Assembly: GCF_009914755.1 (NCBI RefSeq)
Contig: NC_060940.1
Source of the DNA: the human T2T-CHM13v2.0 reference genome, Homo sapiens
DNA length: 64,000 bases
Direction: 5' to 3' (one strand)
Part shown: positions 36,549-53,640 of the stretch, one piece after another
How positions within the stretch are numbered: the first letter of the stretch is position 1
Layout: the number at the start of each line of letters is the position of its first letter
Notes under the pieces: generated by a model
What the model was told of the DNA's origin: nothing
Databases searched by the model: none
The model's input: the letters and a program-made list of their open reading frames with translations, nothing else
Translations under genes and position numbers: made by a program

Positions 36549-37154
36549 GTCAGCAGGTCTTTTTCTCTTAAAGAAAATTTTAGTCAATTAGCATTCACTC
36601 CCTATTACTGTCCCAACCTTAGACAATCATCAATCTATTTTCTGTTTCTAAAGGTGAGTCTTTTATAAAAATTTCTTATAAGTGAAATGATCAATTAAGT
36701 AGTCTTTTGGGTCTGATTTCTTTCACTTGGCTTAATGTTTTAGAGGCCCATTCCTGTTGTAGTATGCGTCACTGCTTCATTCCTTTTGATTAGTGAGTAA
36801 TATTCTGTTGTATGGCTATGGCACATACTATTTTTTCTTCCACTAGTTAATGGATATTTGGATTCTATTCGTTTTGGCTACATGAAGAGTGCTGATGTAA
36901 GCATTCACATATGAATCTTTGAGTGCTGCAGATTTTCATTCTTTTGGGTATTTACCTGAGGATGGGATTTCTGAGTCATATGTAAAACCATATATAACTT
37001 TATGAAGAATTGCCTTTTTCTCACGCAATGGCTGCACTATTTTAATTCTCATCAACAACGTGTGAGGATTCCGTATTCTTCACACTTTAGTTAACATTTG
37101 TTACCATCTTTTTGATATAATAATCTATTGAGCAATAACTATTATCTCATTCTG

Positions 37155-37472
<318 letters not shown>

Positions 37473-37974
37473 TAAGTGTTTCTTTCTTTGATGCTGTTAT
37501 TAAAAGAATTGTTTACTTTCAGATTTTTCATTGCTCTCATATAAAAGTACAATTCAGTCTTATAGGTTGTTTTTGTATCTTGTGACCTTGGTGAGCTTGT
37601 TTATTAGGTCTAGTGGGTTTTTGGGGAATACCTTGCTAATACACATGTTTATGTAAGTCTGTAACAGAAGATGGTTCTACTTATTTTCTAAACTAGAAAA
37701 TTGTTTGATTTTTAGATTTTAAGCCAACATCGCATTTGCAAAATAATCCCATTTGACAATGGTGTTAAAGAGTTTTATATTTTGCTAGATTCAGATTCAG
37801 TTTGCTAGTTTTTTTTTTGTTTTGGAATCTTAGTGTCTGTATGCATGAAGGATAATGATAAGTCACTTTTTATCTAGTAATGTTTCTGTTTGATTTTGGA
37901 ATCATAGTAATGCTGATCTGATAGAATGACTGGGGAAATGTTTTCACTGATTCAATTTTTTGGAGTATTTGTGA

Positions 37975-38284
<310 letters not shown>

Positions 38285-38883
38285 CAGTATTAATTCTTTA
38301 TTGAATGCTTAATAGAATTTACCAGTTAAGCCATTTGTCCTGGGGCTTTTCTTTGTGTAAAGGTTCTAATTAATTTGATCTCTTTCTTTGTTATAGATCT
38401 ATTAATATGTTACATTTATTTCTATGTAGAGCTATTTATATATTTATTTCTTCTTAACTTTATTTTGAGAATTTGTGTTTTTCAATGTATTTATTTTTAA
38501 TTTTTAGTATCTCACATTTCTATAGTTTCTCTGCAGTTAACAAGAAATAATCAGAAAGAATATTGTGTGAGAATAAGCCCTGGGAACAATTAAAAAATTA
38601 CTCAAAGTTTCTTCTGTTATAAAAGATTATGACTCTAATTGCTATAATTAATGTTGATATTTAAAAAAATTATTTTCAGTTTGGGGGTACATGTGAAGGT
38701 TTGTTATATGGGTAAACTCATGTCATGAGGGTTTGTTGTACAGATTATTTCATCACCCAGGTATTAAGCCCAGTACTCAATAGTTATCTTTTCTGCTTCT
38801 CTCCCTCCTCCCACCTTCCACATTCAAGTATATAAATCCCAGTGTCTTCATTAGTTCATGAGTTCTTGTAATTTACCTCCCAC

Positions 38884-39176
38884 TTTTTTTTTTTGAGATG
38901 GAGTCTCACTCTGTTGCCCAGGTTGGAGAGCAGTGGCGTGATCTCAACTCACTGCAACCTCTGCCTCCCGGGTTCAAGCGAAATCTCCTGTCTCAGCCTC
39001 CAGAGTAGCTGGGATTACAGGTGTTCACCACCATGCCCAGCTAATTTTGTATTTTTAATAGAGATGGGGTTTTGCCATGTTGGCCAGGCTGGTCTCAAAC
39101 CCCTGACCTCAGGTGATCCTCCTGCCTTGGCCTCTCAAAGTGCTGGGATTACAAGGGTGAGTCACAGTGCCCGGCC
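38884..39176 (-). mobile_element. Alu (AluS-like)
   Basis: TSD TACCTCCCACTTTT. Confidence 0.9.
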
Positions 39177-39715
39177 TACCTCCCACTTTTAAGTGAGACC
39201 ATGCGGTCCTGGGTTTTCTGTTCCTATGTTAGTGTGCTAAAGAGAATGGCCTCCAGCTCCATCCATGTCTCTGCAAATGACGTGATCTCATTCTTTTTTA
39301 TGGCTTAATAATATTCCATGGTGGGCATGTACCACATTTTTAGTATCCAGTCTGTCACTGATGGACATTTAGGTTGATTCCACATCTTTGCCATTGTGAA
39401 TAGTGCTGCAATGAACATTTTCATGCACGTGTCTTTATGGTAGAATAATGTATATTCCTCTGGGTATATACCCAGTAACGGGATTGCTGTGTCAAATGGT
39501 AGTTCTGCTTTTAGCTCTTTAAGGAATTGTGATACTGCTTTCCACAATGATTGAACTAATGTACACTTTCATTAACAGTGTATAAGTGTTTCCCTTTTCT
39601 CCACAACTTCACCAGCAACTGTTATTTTTTTTTTTTACTTTTTAATAGTAACTAGCCATTCTGAATGGTGTGAGCTGGCGTCTCATTGTGGTTTTGATTT
39701 GCATTTCTCTAATGA

Positions 39716-40062
<347 letters not shown>

Positions 40063-40853
40063 CGTATGTCTTCTTTTCAAACATATCTGTTCATATCCTT
40101 TGCCACTTTTTAATGGCGTTGTTTTTCTCTTGTAAATTTGTTTGAGTTCCTTACAGATGCTTGTAGACCTTAGTCAGATGCATATTTTGTCTTTATTGTT
40201 GTTCTATAGCTTTCTTGGACATATAATTTTTGATTGACAGTTTTTTCTTTGGGGAGTGGGAAAAAATTTTCAAATGGAGTTGAAAGACTTGCAAGAAGGC
40301 AAACAAAGCAAGATCCAACAAAGCCAATTGGATTGAGAAATGAAGTCATATTGATTGCAACAAATGATATGTTGGACTGGGTTAGAGAGAGCAGGAAAAA
40401 GTAAATTTGTGGACAATAGAATTCTGTGGGCTGGGTGGTCCTGACTGAGGTCAAATGAAGAAATTTCATCAGAGTAGGAAAGATAGCTCATTATCCTGAA
40501 CCTAAACAGGCTGAGCTGCTGCCCTATGCTAAGATTCTTAGATATTTATAAGAAGAAATGTCATGATCTTATCATCTAACAATTTAATAGGTATTATTTG
40601 TTAAGGAAGAAGATCATATATGTGCACTCGTAATTATGATTAAGTTAATGTTATGTTTAGTTATGATTAAAGTTGTGCTTGATGGATATCACAGGGGCCA
40701 AAAATAAGTGTCTACTGCTAACAAGTGGGTGCGTGACTGATAAATGTGTGAAATAAAACACTCCTGTGAGTAGAAGCAGCAGAGGAGACTGAAGAATGAG
40801 GGGTGGAACACAACAGCAGGATAGCTTGATACTTTACATCAAAGTAAGATCTC

Positions 40854-41214
<361 letters not shown>

Positions 41215-41913
41215 CTACAAATGCACCTGGGCAAATTGATGGAAGGGGAATGTGAAAAGCAGCCTACCTTCCATGGGGAGTCATGTCTAGTTTCCTTGCT
41301 CACAGCTGTGTCCTCTGGAGAACAGAACACTTCGCCTATGTAGGTCTGACGGAGCTGGCATTTTCTTTTCTTTTCTTTTTTTTAAAATTATATATGTGTA
41401 TGTATTTATAAAAGTACATATATATACTTATATGTGTGTGTATGTGTGTTTTGAGCAATTTTTACTTCAGCCATTAATTTCTAATTATAAGCCAGAAATA
41501 CTAATTATTACCATTTATGCATTGCCTTATCTATTTACACTTATGGAACAGTATCCCAATAAGTGATTTTGAAAATATAATTGGACACCTTTTCACCTCA
41601 GAAAAATCTGAGTGAATGCAGTGGCTTTTTATCTTAACATGTCATGAAATTGAATTGTTCTAAGCTGTGGATTAAATTAAACTGATGATATATGATGCCT
41701 GAATCCAAGCTAAATAACATAGGATAGTGCCTGAAAAATCATTCTATAAAATTTTACAAGATATTAGATATGGTATTAGAGATATCCTGAGAAAACTTGA
41801 GGGAAGATATTTTTATTATTGGAAACCAAGTATTTTTCTAGGCATTGGAAAGTATCCCTGTATTAAGGGAAGTCTCAGGAAACAGATCAACATGTGATTA
41901 AAAAATTTTTGCC

Positions 41914-42206
41914 TTTTTTTTTTTTTTGAGACAGTCTTGCTTTGTTGCTCAGGGTAGAGTGCAGTGGCACAATCTCAGCTACTGCAGCCTCAACCTCCAG
42001 GGCTCAGGTGATTCTCCCACTTCAGCCTCCCAGGTAGCTGGGATTACAGGCGTGCACAACCACGCCTGGCTAATTTTTGTATTTTCAGTAAAGACGGTGT
42101 TTCACCATGTTGGCCAGGCTGGTCTCAAACTCCCAGCCTCAGGTGATCTGCCCGCCTCGGCCTCCCAAAGTGCTGGGATTACAGGCGGGAGACACCACGC
42201 CCGGCC
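41914..42206 (-). mobile_element. Alu
   Basis: Reverse dimer with T tail. Confidence 0.9.
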
Positions 42207-42350
42207 AACATCTGATTCTTTTGATGCAACCTCATGGTTGTCGTGAAGTGAATAAAATAGTGATTTTTTTTGTTGATAATTGAGAGGTGGACATTAGCAA
42301 TGTTATACCGAGATAAAAAAGAGTTTACATAAGAAATTACTGGAATGGAA

Positions 42351-42698
<348 letters not shown>

Positions 42699-42769
42699 TT
42701 AAGTGATACATTAAGAAGGATTCAGAAAAGCAAAACAAAACCTTCCAAATATGTTCACATACTAATTCC

Positions 42770-42990
42770 CCAGATACTGGGAATACATTAGATTCCATGG
42801 CAAAGAAAATATAAGATTGCAGATGTGATCAAGATTGCTAGTCTGCTGTTGAAATATAGTGAGATTTTCACAAATTATCACCATGGGTCCAGTATAATCA
42901 CAAGGGTCCAGAAATGTGGAAGAGTGATGGAGAACAGAGTGTATCAAAGTGACGAGATGTGAGAGTGACTCAGCTGAATATTTTTTCAAT
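42770..42990 (+). mobile_element. MLT1-like MaLR LTR fragment
   Basis: TTGCAGATGTGATCAAG and ATAATCACAAGGGTCC motifs. Confidence 0.55.
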
Positions 42991-43067
42991 TGCTTGCTTT
43001 AGTGATTCTTTTCATATTAGAATAAATTTCCATTTAATTTAAATGTATAAATACCTTTGAGTAATTT

Positions 43068-43445
<378 letters not shown>

Positions 43446-43733
43446 TAAGGATATGATTTCTAAAAAGTGAGGCTCAGGTATAGTGGGATACAGGCACTGT
43501 GCACTGTATGATTGTAGAAGTCTTACTGTTTTACAAATATAAATGATTTGGTATGGAAAAGAATGCAGAAGCTGGATTTCCAAGAATTCATATACAGGCT
43601 TAACAAAGAATAAGTGGGGAAAAAGATGATGATGGTAACAATTTTGAACACTGAACAACCAACATTGATAACATGGGATCTATTGTTTCTTTTATTCCAG
43701 ATATAGAAAGTATGTTTCCTCTATGCCATTAAG

Positions 43734-44647
43734 ATGAAACTATTTTCTACTTATGCTATCGTTAAAAATGCCTTTGTTTTTCAAGCTGGCATTGGATTCT
43801 CAGCCAACACCTTTCTCCTTTTCTTCCACATCTTTACGCTTCTTCTGAATCGCAGGCCTAAACCCCGTGACTTACTCACCTGTCACCTGGCCCTCATTCA
43901 CATTCAGATGCTCCTCACTGCAGTGGATTTTTTGCCTCTAGACATATTTGAATCACTGCATTTTGGGAATGACTTTAAGTGTAAGGCACTTTTTTACACA
44001 AACAGGGCAATGAAGGGCCTCTCCATCTGCACCACCTGCCTTCTGAACATGCTCCAGGCCATCAGCATCAGCCCCAGCACCTCCTGGTTGGCAAGGTTTA
44101 AACATAAATCCACAAATTACATTTTGCATGTTTTCTTCTTTTGGGTGTGCTTCAATTTGTCCTTCAGTAGTTGGCCAATCTTTTTCTCTGTGCATTCTTC
44201 CAACACGACCCATATCAAGCTACAGAATGTCAGTAAATACTGCCACTTTCCCCCATGAACTTCACAATCAGGGGAGTGTTTTTCACTGTGACATTATCCA
44301 AGTATGTCTCCTGTGTAGTACTTATGCTGCTCTCAAGGGCATACATGGTGATTCTCCTGCCCAGGCATTGGAGGCAATCCCAGCACCTCCATAGCACCCA
44401 CCTCTCCCCAAGACCCTCCCCAGAGAAAAGGGCCACCCAGACCATCCTGCTGCTGGTGAGTTTCTTTGTGGTCATGTACTGGGTGGACTTTATCTTCTCA
44501 ACCTCTTTAACCCTGCTATGGACGTATGACCCACACGTTGTCCTGAGTGTGCAGAGAGCTGTGCTCAATGCCTATGCCACTGTTAGTCCTTTGGTGCAAA
44601 TCAGTTCTGATAAAACAATAATCAGTATTATGCAAAATTGCAATTGA
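43734..44647 (+). pseudogene. Vomeronasal type-1 receptor (V1R/VN1R family) pseudogene
   Basis: FQAGIGFSANTFLLFFH, HLALIH, CKALFY..R..GLSICTTCLL..LQAISISP...LARFK, SPEKRATQTILLLVSFFVVMYWVD, NAYATVSPLV; two ORFs joined by a 1-bp deletion at about 44244; upstream acceptor TTTCTTTTATTCCAG ends at 43700. Confidence 0.92.
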
Positions 44648-44777
44648 AGTACCAACAGTTTTTAATAAGTCAGTGATGAAAAATGTTTTTTGAGAAAAGA
44701 GTCTTCAGCCGTCAGTCAAACTGTTCAAGTAGCACTGAAATTCTTTAATTTGATTTAAGTAAAATATAAAGAATTAT

Positions 44778-44962
44778 TACTTTTGGGTACATAGTATATG
44801 TATATATTTAAAGCACATATGGCATATTTTGATACATGCATACAATATATAATAATCACCTCATGGTAAATGAGGTATCTATCACCTTTAGCATTCATCC
44901 TTTGTATTACAGAAAATTCAATTTTACACTTTTTGTTTAAAATGTACAATTAAACTGTTACC
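44778..44962 (-). mobile_element. L1MA 3' terminal fragment
   Basis: TGGGTACATAGTA...TTTTGATACATGCATACAAT. Confidence 0.7.
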
Positions 44963-44965
44963 GAC

Positions 44966-45274
<309 letters not shown>

Positions 45275-46089
45275 CTATAGGGTAATTTCTATGATTATAT
45301 TATTTAGAAGCATGAACAAAATCCATACATTTGTGAGTCTTGAATACATATTTTTATAAACTTCTTAGATATTTTTATTTGAACATGTGGCCTCTCTGCC
45401 TGCAAACACATAAAGACTTTTAATTTTGATTTACATAAAGTTAAAAATACACATATATTACTCTAAAGATAAACCTTAGGAAAGAAAATTATGGAGTGAG
45501 TGTGTTTGTATGAGTATGAGTTCGTACCTATTTTCAGAAGAATATAGCAATATCAGAACAAAACAAATCATTTTAATAAGGTTATTAATTTACTAGATCA
45601 TAAAAACCTCAAAAATGCTGAAAGCAAATTTATGCTCTCAGCTTTGTATTAAATTCATTACTGTAAAACCTTATGGCTTATGGTTCAGAATCTCTCCACA
45701 CAAACTCTTTGCCCGGTACTCATGCCAGACCTATAATTTTGTTTGTTATAATTTTTTGTTTTATAGTTTATGAAGTATCCATTACCCGAGCTGGTCAGTG
45801 ATTATAAGAGTGCTTTTTATAAAATTTAGTAGTGCACACAATTTTTAGATGTAATTCCATAATTAATGTAGTGTTATATTTTATTTAGAACATTCTGTTT
45901 TGTTCTTTTAGATGCAGATGCCTATATAAGCCTACTTTTCTTTAGTTATTGTCCTTTCACTTTTTATAGATGACGTAAGTGAATTTACTTATTTATTGAG
46001 TCATTCTCTTTTTAGGTAAGTACTAGGGAACTTTCATAAGTCATGAAAATGTTTTTATATATAAATGTATCAAAGAAACATGACAGTGA

Positions 46090-46396
46090 GGCCGGGTGTG
46101 GTGGCTCATGCTTGTGGTCCTGGCACTTTGGGAGGCTGGGGTGGGCGGGTAACCTGAGGCCAGGAGTTCAGGACCAGCCTGGCAAACATGGCGGAACCCC
46201 ATCTCTACTAGAAGTGCAGAGATTGGCTGGGCGTGGTGACACGTGCCTGGGGTCTCAGCTACTCAGGAGGCTGAGGCAGGAGAATCACTTCGTTCCAGGA
46301 GGTGGAGGTTACAGTGGGATGAGATCGCGCCGCCGCATTCCAGCCTGGGTGACAAAGCGAGACTCTGTCTCAAAAAAAAAAAAAAAAAAAAAAAAG
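46090..46396 (+). mobile_element. Alu, heavily A>G substituted
   Basis: TSD AAAGAAACATGACAGTG; linker TAGAAGTGCAGAGATTGG. Confidence 0.9.
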
Positions 46397-46479
46397 AAAG
46401 AAACATGACAGTGCTTGCTGTGTAACTGATGCTCCATAATAAGCCATAAATATTTCTGCTGGAGTTAGTTTGTAACTTC

Positions 46480-46926
46480 AAGTCAGCTGTTTCTGGTCTT
46501 TTTTTGTTTGTCCCACTCCATTGGAGTATGTGTCTGTTTTTCTTCAATTACCATACTGTTTTAGCTAATATAGCTTTTTAGTATATTTCAAAGTCAGGTA
46601 GGGTGATATATTCACCCTTCTTTTTTTCTTTATTGCTTTGCTACTTTGGGTCTTCTGTGGTACAATATAAATTTTAGATGTATGTTTTAAAATTTATATT
46701 AAGTGTGTCACTGGTATTTTCATAGAGGTTGCATTATATCTGTGGATTATTTTGTGTAATATGGATATTTAACAATATTAATAATGCCAATTCATTTATA
46801 GATAATATTTTTCCATTCGTGTATTTAATTTTGTACTTCAGTATTGTTTAGATTATAATGCACAGGTTTTTCCACTTTTGGTTAAATTTATTTCAAAGTA
46901 TAATTACTACAGTTGTTGTAGATGAG
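46480..46926 (-). mobile_element. Ancient L1M ORF2 fragment
   Basis: Degenerate antisense ORF2 (CCATACTGTTTTAGCTAATATAGCTTT). Confidence 0.6.
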
Positions 46927-47190
46927 TTGGTTTTTTTTTTGTTTTTTTTTTTTTTGTTTTTTGAGATGGAGTCTCTCTCTGTTGCTCAGGCTGGAGTGCA
47001 CTGGTGTGGTCTCAGCTTGCTGCAACCTCTGCCTCCTGGGTTCAGGCAATTCTGCCTCAGCCTCCTGAGTGGCTGGGAATGCAGGCGTGTGCCACCACAT
47101 CCAGCTAATTTTTGTATTTTTGGTGGAGACTGGGTTTCGCCATGTTGGTTAGGCTGGGCTTGAACTCCTGACCTTGTGATCTGCCTGTGA
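46927..47190 (-). mobile_element. Alu lacking its first ~50 nt, with + strand A>G changes
   Basis: Reverse dimer ending at GTGATCTGCCTG; TTTTGGTGGAGAC in place of TTTTAGTAGAGAC. Confidence 0.9.
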
Positions 47191-47313
47191 AATTATGCTG
47201 AATTTCTGAATTAGAAAAAGAAAACATTTTTTCTAATAAAATCATAAACGTCTTATGGCCATACCCTAAAAATGATGAAGCAGAGAGTGTAGGTTATTTA
47301 AGACCATGCTATG

Positions 47314-47663
<350 letters not shown>

Positions 47664-49548
47664 CTAGTGAAAATAGAAATAATGAGTTAGAAGGTAATTT
47701 TAGAGTATGTTTCTTACTCTATTGCCCTATAAAATTTTTGTCTTTATTACTTGCCATATAGAAGCCTGTACTTCAACAAAAGATGTCATGAATTTCAAGT
47801 AAATATGCTCCACATATATTCTCCCTAGAAGGGTACTGGTGTACTTCCAGTCAAGTTGTAGCATTTCTGGCCTTTTTTGTGCTGCTGTGTTTGTGTGAAA
47901 TAAGGCAGGAAGTAAAGCGGAGTCAACCATGACATTTCTTGTTTCTAAAGCCATAGCCTCTAAAATTTAATGTTATGTCAACTAGAAATAATGACAGTAT
48001 TTACGAACTAAAAAAAATTCTTTATATTTTTTATAGTTTATAAAAATTTATTTTTGAATTATAAGTTAAACAACTTGAACATGCAGATACCTAAAAGTGT
48101 CATCTAGGTGATAGTATTAATATTTTAATAGCTTATAGTTGTGAGTCACAATTGCCCCATTGGGTTTACTGAAAAGGAGTTATTTATCTTCCATGTGTGA
48201 ATGGCAATAGGCTTTTTATAATCCTAAGCACACAGATCTTTTAAGATTATCACTATGTTTAGATCTGAATAAAATTTATAGGCTTGCAATAACAGAAATT
48301 TTAATACTTTTTTCTAATAGAAGTGAAAAACAGTAGAAGTAATTTGTTAAAATGAGTTTAAGAGAAACTTCACATGTATTCATTAAATAACATTTAAACC
48401 TCATTGTAAGTTACTGATCAGTAATTCCAATCTATTTTAGTCACTGAAAAAGCGTAACATTCTTTAATTATTCAATCAGAAACAGTATTCTTATTAGTGT
48501 TTCTGAAACTTCTAGCAAATGTAGACCCCTCAAGGGATGACAAGATTCATGCAGACAACAAATTTTCTATGTAATAATAGGCTCATTTTAACTTTAAATA
48601 TAAACACTCAATATATTTCAAAAGTAAAATTAATGGTTCTTTTAAGTCATAAGAAGAATATTGTGATAATTCATTTACTGAAGTGTTTGTCTCAGACTTT
48701 GTAATGAATACTTTAAACCAAAAATTAAGTTCTGCATACTATCTATGGATAAAAAGAAGTGGTTTGTAAATTTATCTTTATTTTTACTAAATTAAAAAAT
48801 TTAAAGCCAAAATGTTATGTCGGGATTTAAAACAAGCATTGGATGACATGGTGTTGGGCATAATGGTTAAGATTGAAATTCGCTGTGAGTTGGTTCCTGA
48901 TCACATCCGGAACTTTAGGGTTTTGGTAAAATTAAAGCAATTAATGCAAATGAAGGTGCCTGAAGAGCACCCAGCATATAGCTCTCATTTGTTGATTCTG
49001 TTAGATCATGATCAATGTTAAGCCTAAAAACAAGATGGCCACATCAGTGGTTTGTAATCCATGTTTATTCTAATCAGTCAGTCTGGGGCTATAGTAGTAG
49101 TTGAATGTTTATAATACTACCCTTGTAAAATTCCCATATATTCACACCCAGCATGGATATAAATATGGAAAGATTTCTCATTGAGTACTTCTCTTTAGCA
49201 TTCCAGTAACACTAGACAAATAAGCACCTAAATGCTGAGTGTTTGTCAGTTTTAAAATTAGAAAAGAAGGCAAGTTTTCTTGTCTACTTGTTTAATACAT
49301 TTTTTATTGCCAAGTACATATGTTCATTTGATTTAATACATTGAAATGTAGTTTAAAAACATATATTCAAATATCTTTTCTCTAACAAGTGAAGGAATAA
49401 TTTGTTTACAAATGTAGAAATAATTTTACTGTAAGCAGTTGCTTTAGGGGCTGTCTTTTATAGTATTGTATTATTTTGAACATTAAAAATATGCATTTTA
49501 TTCCTTAGTGTTGGGTTTAGACTATTCATTATATTAAAAGTTTACTTA

Positions 49549-49912
<364 letters not shown>

Positions 49913-50004
49913 CTAAGATTTTAAAATGAACAGTTTTTTCTCTCGTCAAATTTCTTAAAGTTTATTTCTTTCTCTTTAAAGTATGAATAGTAGTTTTGAT
50001 TGGC

Positions 50005-50365
50005 AAATCAAAGTTGAATGAATTCATGGGGTAAAATGTGATGTTTTAATATATGTATGTAATATGGAATGATTGAGTTAAATAACATCTATCAACTCGC
50101 TTACCAGCATTATTTGTGGTAAGACATTTGAAATTTACTCTTAGTCATTTTAAAATATACAATTACATTATGGTTTACTATAGTCACGCTGCTGTGAAAT
50201 AGATCTCAAAACCTACTTACCTTGTCTGTTAGAAACTTTGTACCCTTCAATCAAAAACTCTATAATTTCTTCCCACCACATCAAGCCTCTAGTAACCCTT
50301 ATTTCACTTTCTATTTTTTTGAATTAGACTTTATTAGAGTCTACATATAAATGAGATTATGCAGA
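50005..50365 (-). mobile_element. L1M 3' end fragment
   Basis: GACATTTGAAATTTACTCTTAG, CTATAGTCACGCTGCTGTGAAATAGATCTC. Confidence 0.65.
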
Positions 50366-50626
50366 AAAAATATATAAAGAATTATACTTTTATTGTATCT
50401 AAATACTTTTGAAACCAAGGAATTTTTAGTTTCTTTAGTTCAGTGTCCACCATAGTTGATATTCCCATATTAAGTCTCTTACTCTTTTTCATTTTAATTT
50501 CATACCAGAAAATGTTTCTTTCTTCTTGAAGTGTACCCTAAAGAAGCTCCTATTGGTAATAAAATCTCTCAAAATTTTCACTTTTGAAAATATTTTAATT
50601 TACTCTTATTTATCAAAAGTATTTTA

Positions 50627-51024
<398 letters not shown>

Positions 51025-51036
51025 TTATGCCAATTT

Positions 51037-51975
51037 ACAAAGACTTCATGACTAAAACACCAAAAGCAATTGCAACAAAAGCCAAAATTGACATGTGGAA
51101 TTTAATTAAGTGAAAGAGTTTCTGCACAGCAAAAGAAACTATCATCAGAGTGAACAGGCAACCTACAGAATGGGAGAAAATTTTTGCAATCTATCCATCT
51201 AACAAAGGGCTAATATCCAGAATCTACAAGGAACTTAAACAAATTTACAAGAAAAAAAAACACAATCCCATCAAAAAATGGGCAAAGGGTATGAACAGAC
51301 ACTTCTCAAAAGATGACATTTATGTCGCCAACAAACATGAGAAAAAGCTCATCGTCACTGGTCATTAGAGAAATGCAATCAAAACCACAATGAGATACCA
51401 TCTCACGCCTGTTAGAATGGCGATCATTAAAAAGCCAGGAAACAAGAGATCCTGGTGAGGATGTGGAGAAATATGAACACTTTTACACTGTTGGTGGGAG
51501 TATAAATTAGTTCAATCATTGTGGAAGACAGTGTGGTGATTCCTTAAGGATCTAGAACCAGAAATACCATTTGACCCAGCAATCCCATTGGATTGCGGTA
51601 TGGGTGCAATACTAGGCAGCCATAAAAAGAATGAGTTCATGTCCTTTGCAGGGACATGGATAAAGCTGGAAACCATCATCCTCAGCAAACTAACAGAGGA
51701 ACAGAAAACCAAGCACTGCATGATCTCACTCATAGGTAAGAGCTGAAAAATGAGAACACATGGACACAGGGAGGGGAACATCAAACACTGGGGCCTGTCG
51801 GGGGTTGGGGGGCAAGGGGAGGGAGAGCATTATGACAAATACCTAATGCATGCGGGGCTTAAAACCTAGATGATGGGTTGATAGGTGCAACAAACCATCA
51901 TGGCACATGTGTATCTGTGTAACAAACCTGCACGTTGTGCACATGTATCCCAGAACTTAAAGTAAAATTTAAAAT
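51037..51975 (+). mobile_element. 5'-truncated L1PA (PA7/8-like) with an internal deletion
   Basis: ORF2 end and 3'UTR through CCCAGAACTTAAAGTAAAA. Confidence 0.9.
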
Positions 51976-52084
51976 AATTATGCCAATTTAGATTTTAAAT
52001 TTAATCTAAAATTTATTTCAAATGGTCTTAAATACAATTTACATGTGACTAGATATTAGTTTGGTTACACAATCTTTTCCCACC

Positions 52085-53640
52085 TTTTTTGGACTATGAT
52101 TGACAAATAGAAACTGTATTTAAAGTGTAAAAACTAAAATATATGTTTTGATATATTTATATATTGTGAAATTATTACCACAATAAAGCTAATAAACATA
52201 TCTGTCATGTCACATAGTTACTATTTTTTAGTGTGGTAAGTTCATTTGAGATCCATGTTTCTTAACAAAGTTCAAGTATACAAGATGTAATTATTAAGTA
52301 TAGTCACAATGCTGTACATTGGGTCTCTAGTATTATTTATTTTGTGACAACAGGTTTGTACCCTTTGACCAATATCTCTCATTTTTTCCCAGTCCCTCAG
52401 CCCCAGGTCACCACCATTCTGCTCTCTGTAACTATGAGTTCTACTCTTTTTCAGATTCCTCATAAAATGAGTTCATACAACATTTGTATTTCTATGTCTG
52501 CCTTATTTCACTTAGCATAATGTCTTCAAAGTTCATCTATGTTGTTGCAAGTGGCAGGATTTTCTTTCTTAGGGTTGAATAGTATTTCATTTGATAGACA
52601 AATAGATATATTAATAGATATTTCATATATTCTTTATCCATTTTTCTGCTGATAGACATCTACATTGTTTTTATATCTTGTCTATTGTGCGTAATGCTGT
52701 GATGAGTATAGGAGTGCAGATATCTCTTCAAGATAGCAATTTTATTCCCTTTGGATATTGTTAATGGTTTGAATGTTTATCCCCTCCAAAACTCATGTTG
52801 AAATTTGGTTATGGCAAATGTGGTTGTGAGGTAATAGGGCCATGAAGGCTCTGTCCTCATAGTTGGGTTTAATGTCACGATCATAGGGTTAGTGGTACCT
52901 TGTGCCTTTGCTTTTCTGCCACATGATGGTGTAGCAAGAAGGCCCTCACCAGATGCCGCCACCTTGATTTTGCACTTCCCAGCCTCCAGAACTATGAGAA
53001 AATAAATATCTATTCATTATAAATTACCCAGCCAAAAGTGTTCTGTCATAGAAGCACAAAATGAACCAAGGCAGATAAATACCCAGAAGTGGGATTGCTG
53101 GATCATGTGGCATTTCTAGTTTTACTTTTTTGAGAAAACTCCATATTGTTTTCCATTATGGCTTTATCCATTTACATTCCCACTAAGAGTGTGCAAGAGT
53201 TCTCCCTTCTCCACATCATCATTAGCACTCATTATCTTTTGACTTCTTAATAGATACTATTCTGACAAGTCTGTATGAGGTAATAGCTCATTGCAGTTCT
53301 GATGTGCATTTCTTCATGATTCGTGATGCTAAGCATCTTTTCAAATATTTGTTGGCCATTGTAGGACTTCTTTGGAAAAATATCTGTTCAGGTCCTGGGT
53401 TATTTACTTATTGATGTTCAGTTTTAAGAATTCCTTATATGTTTGATACATAATCTCATTCTCAGATATATTGTTACAGAATTTTTCTCCAATTGTACAG
53501 ACTGACTTTTAATTGTGTTGATTGTTTTCTTTTGCTATGAGAAATGTTTTAGTGAATGTTGTCCCATTTGATTGTTTTTTCTTGTATTGTATGGGTTTTT
53601 GATGTCAAATCAAAAAATTCATTGTTGAGACCAATGTCAA
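52085..53640 (-). mobile_element. L1MA/MB 3' fragment, interrupted by an MST LTR
   Basis: Antisense L1M 3'UTR motifs; continues briefly at 53941-54000. Confidence 0.7.
52758..53073 (+). mobile_element. MaLR LTR (MST-like)
   Basis: GGTTTGAATGTTTATCCCCTCCAAAACTCATGTTGAAAT...GGCCCTCACCAGATGC...CCTCCAGAACTATGAG. Confidence 0.85.

Noticed and set aside
40240-40700. Possible old LTR fragment
   Set aside because: Could not recognise the family or termini with confidence
41291-41346. Possible small non-coding upstream V1R exon (CACAG...GTAGGT)
   Set aside because: Splice-like motifs alone are too common without transcript evidence
48838-48905. Possible C/D box snoRNA (GGATGA...CTGA)
   Set aside because: C box is imperfect and there is no convincing terminal stem or guide
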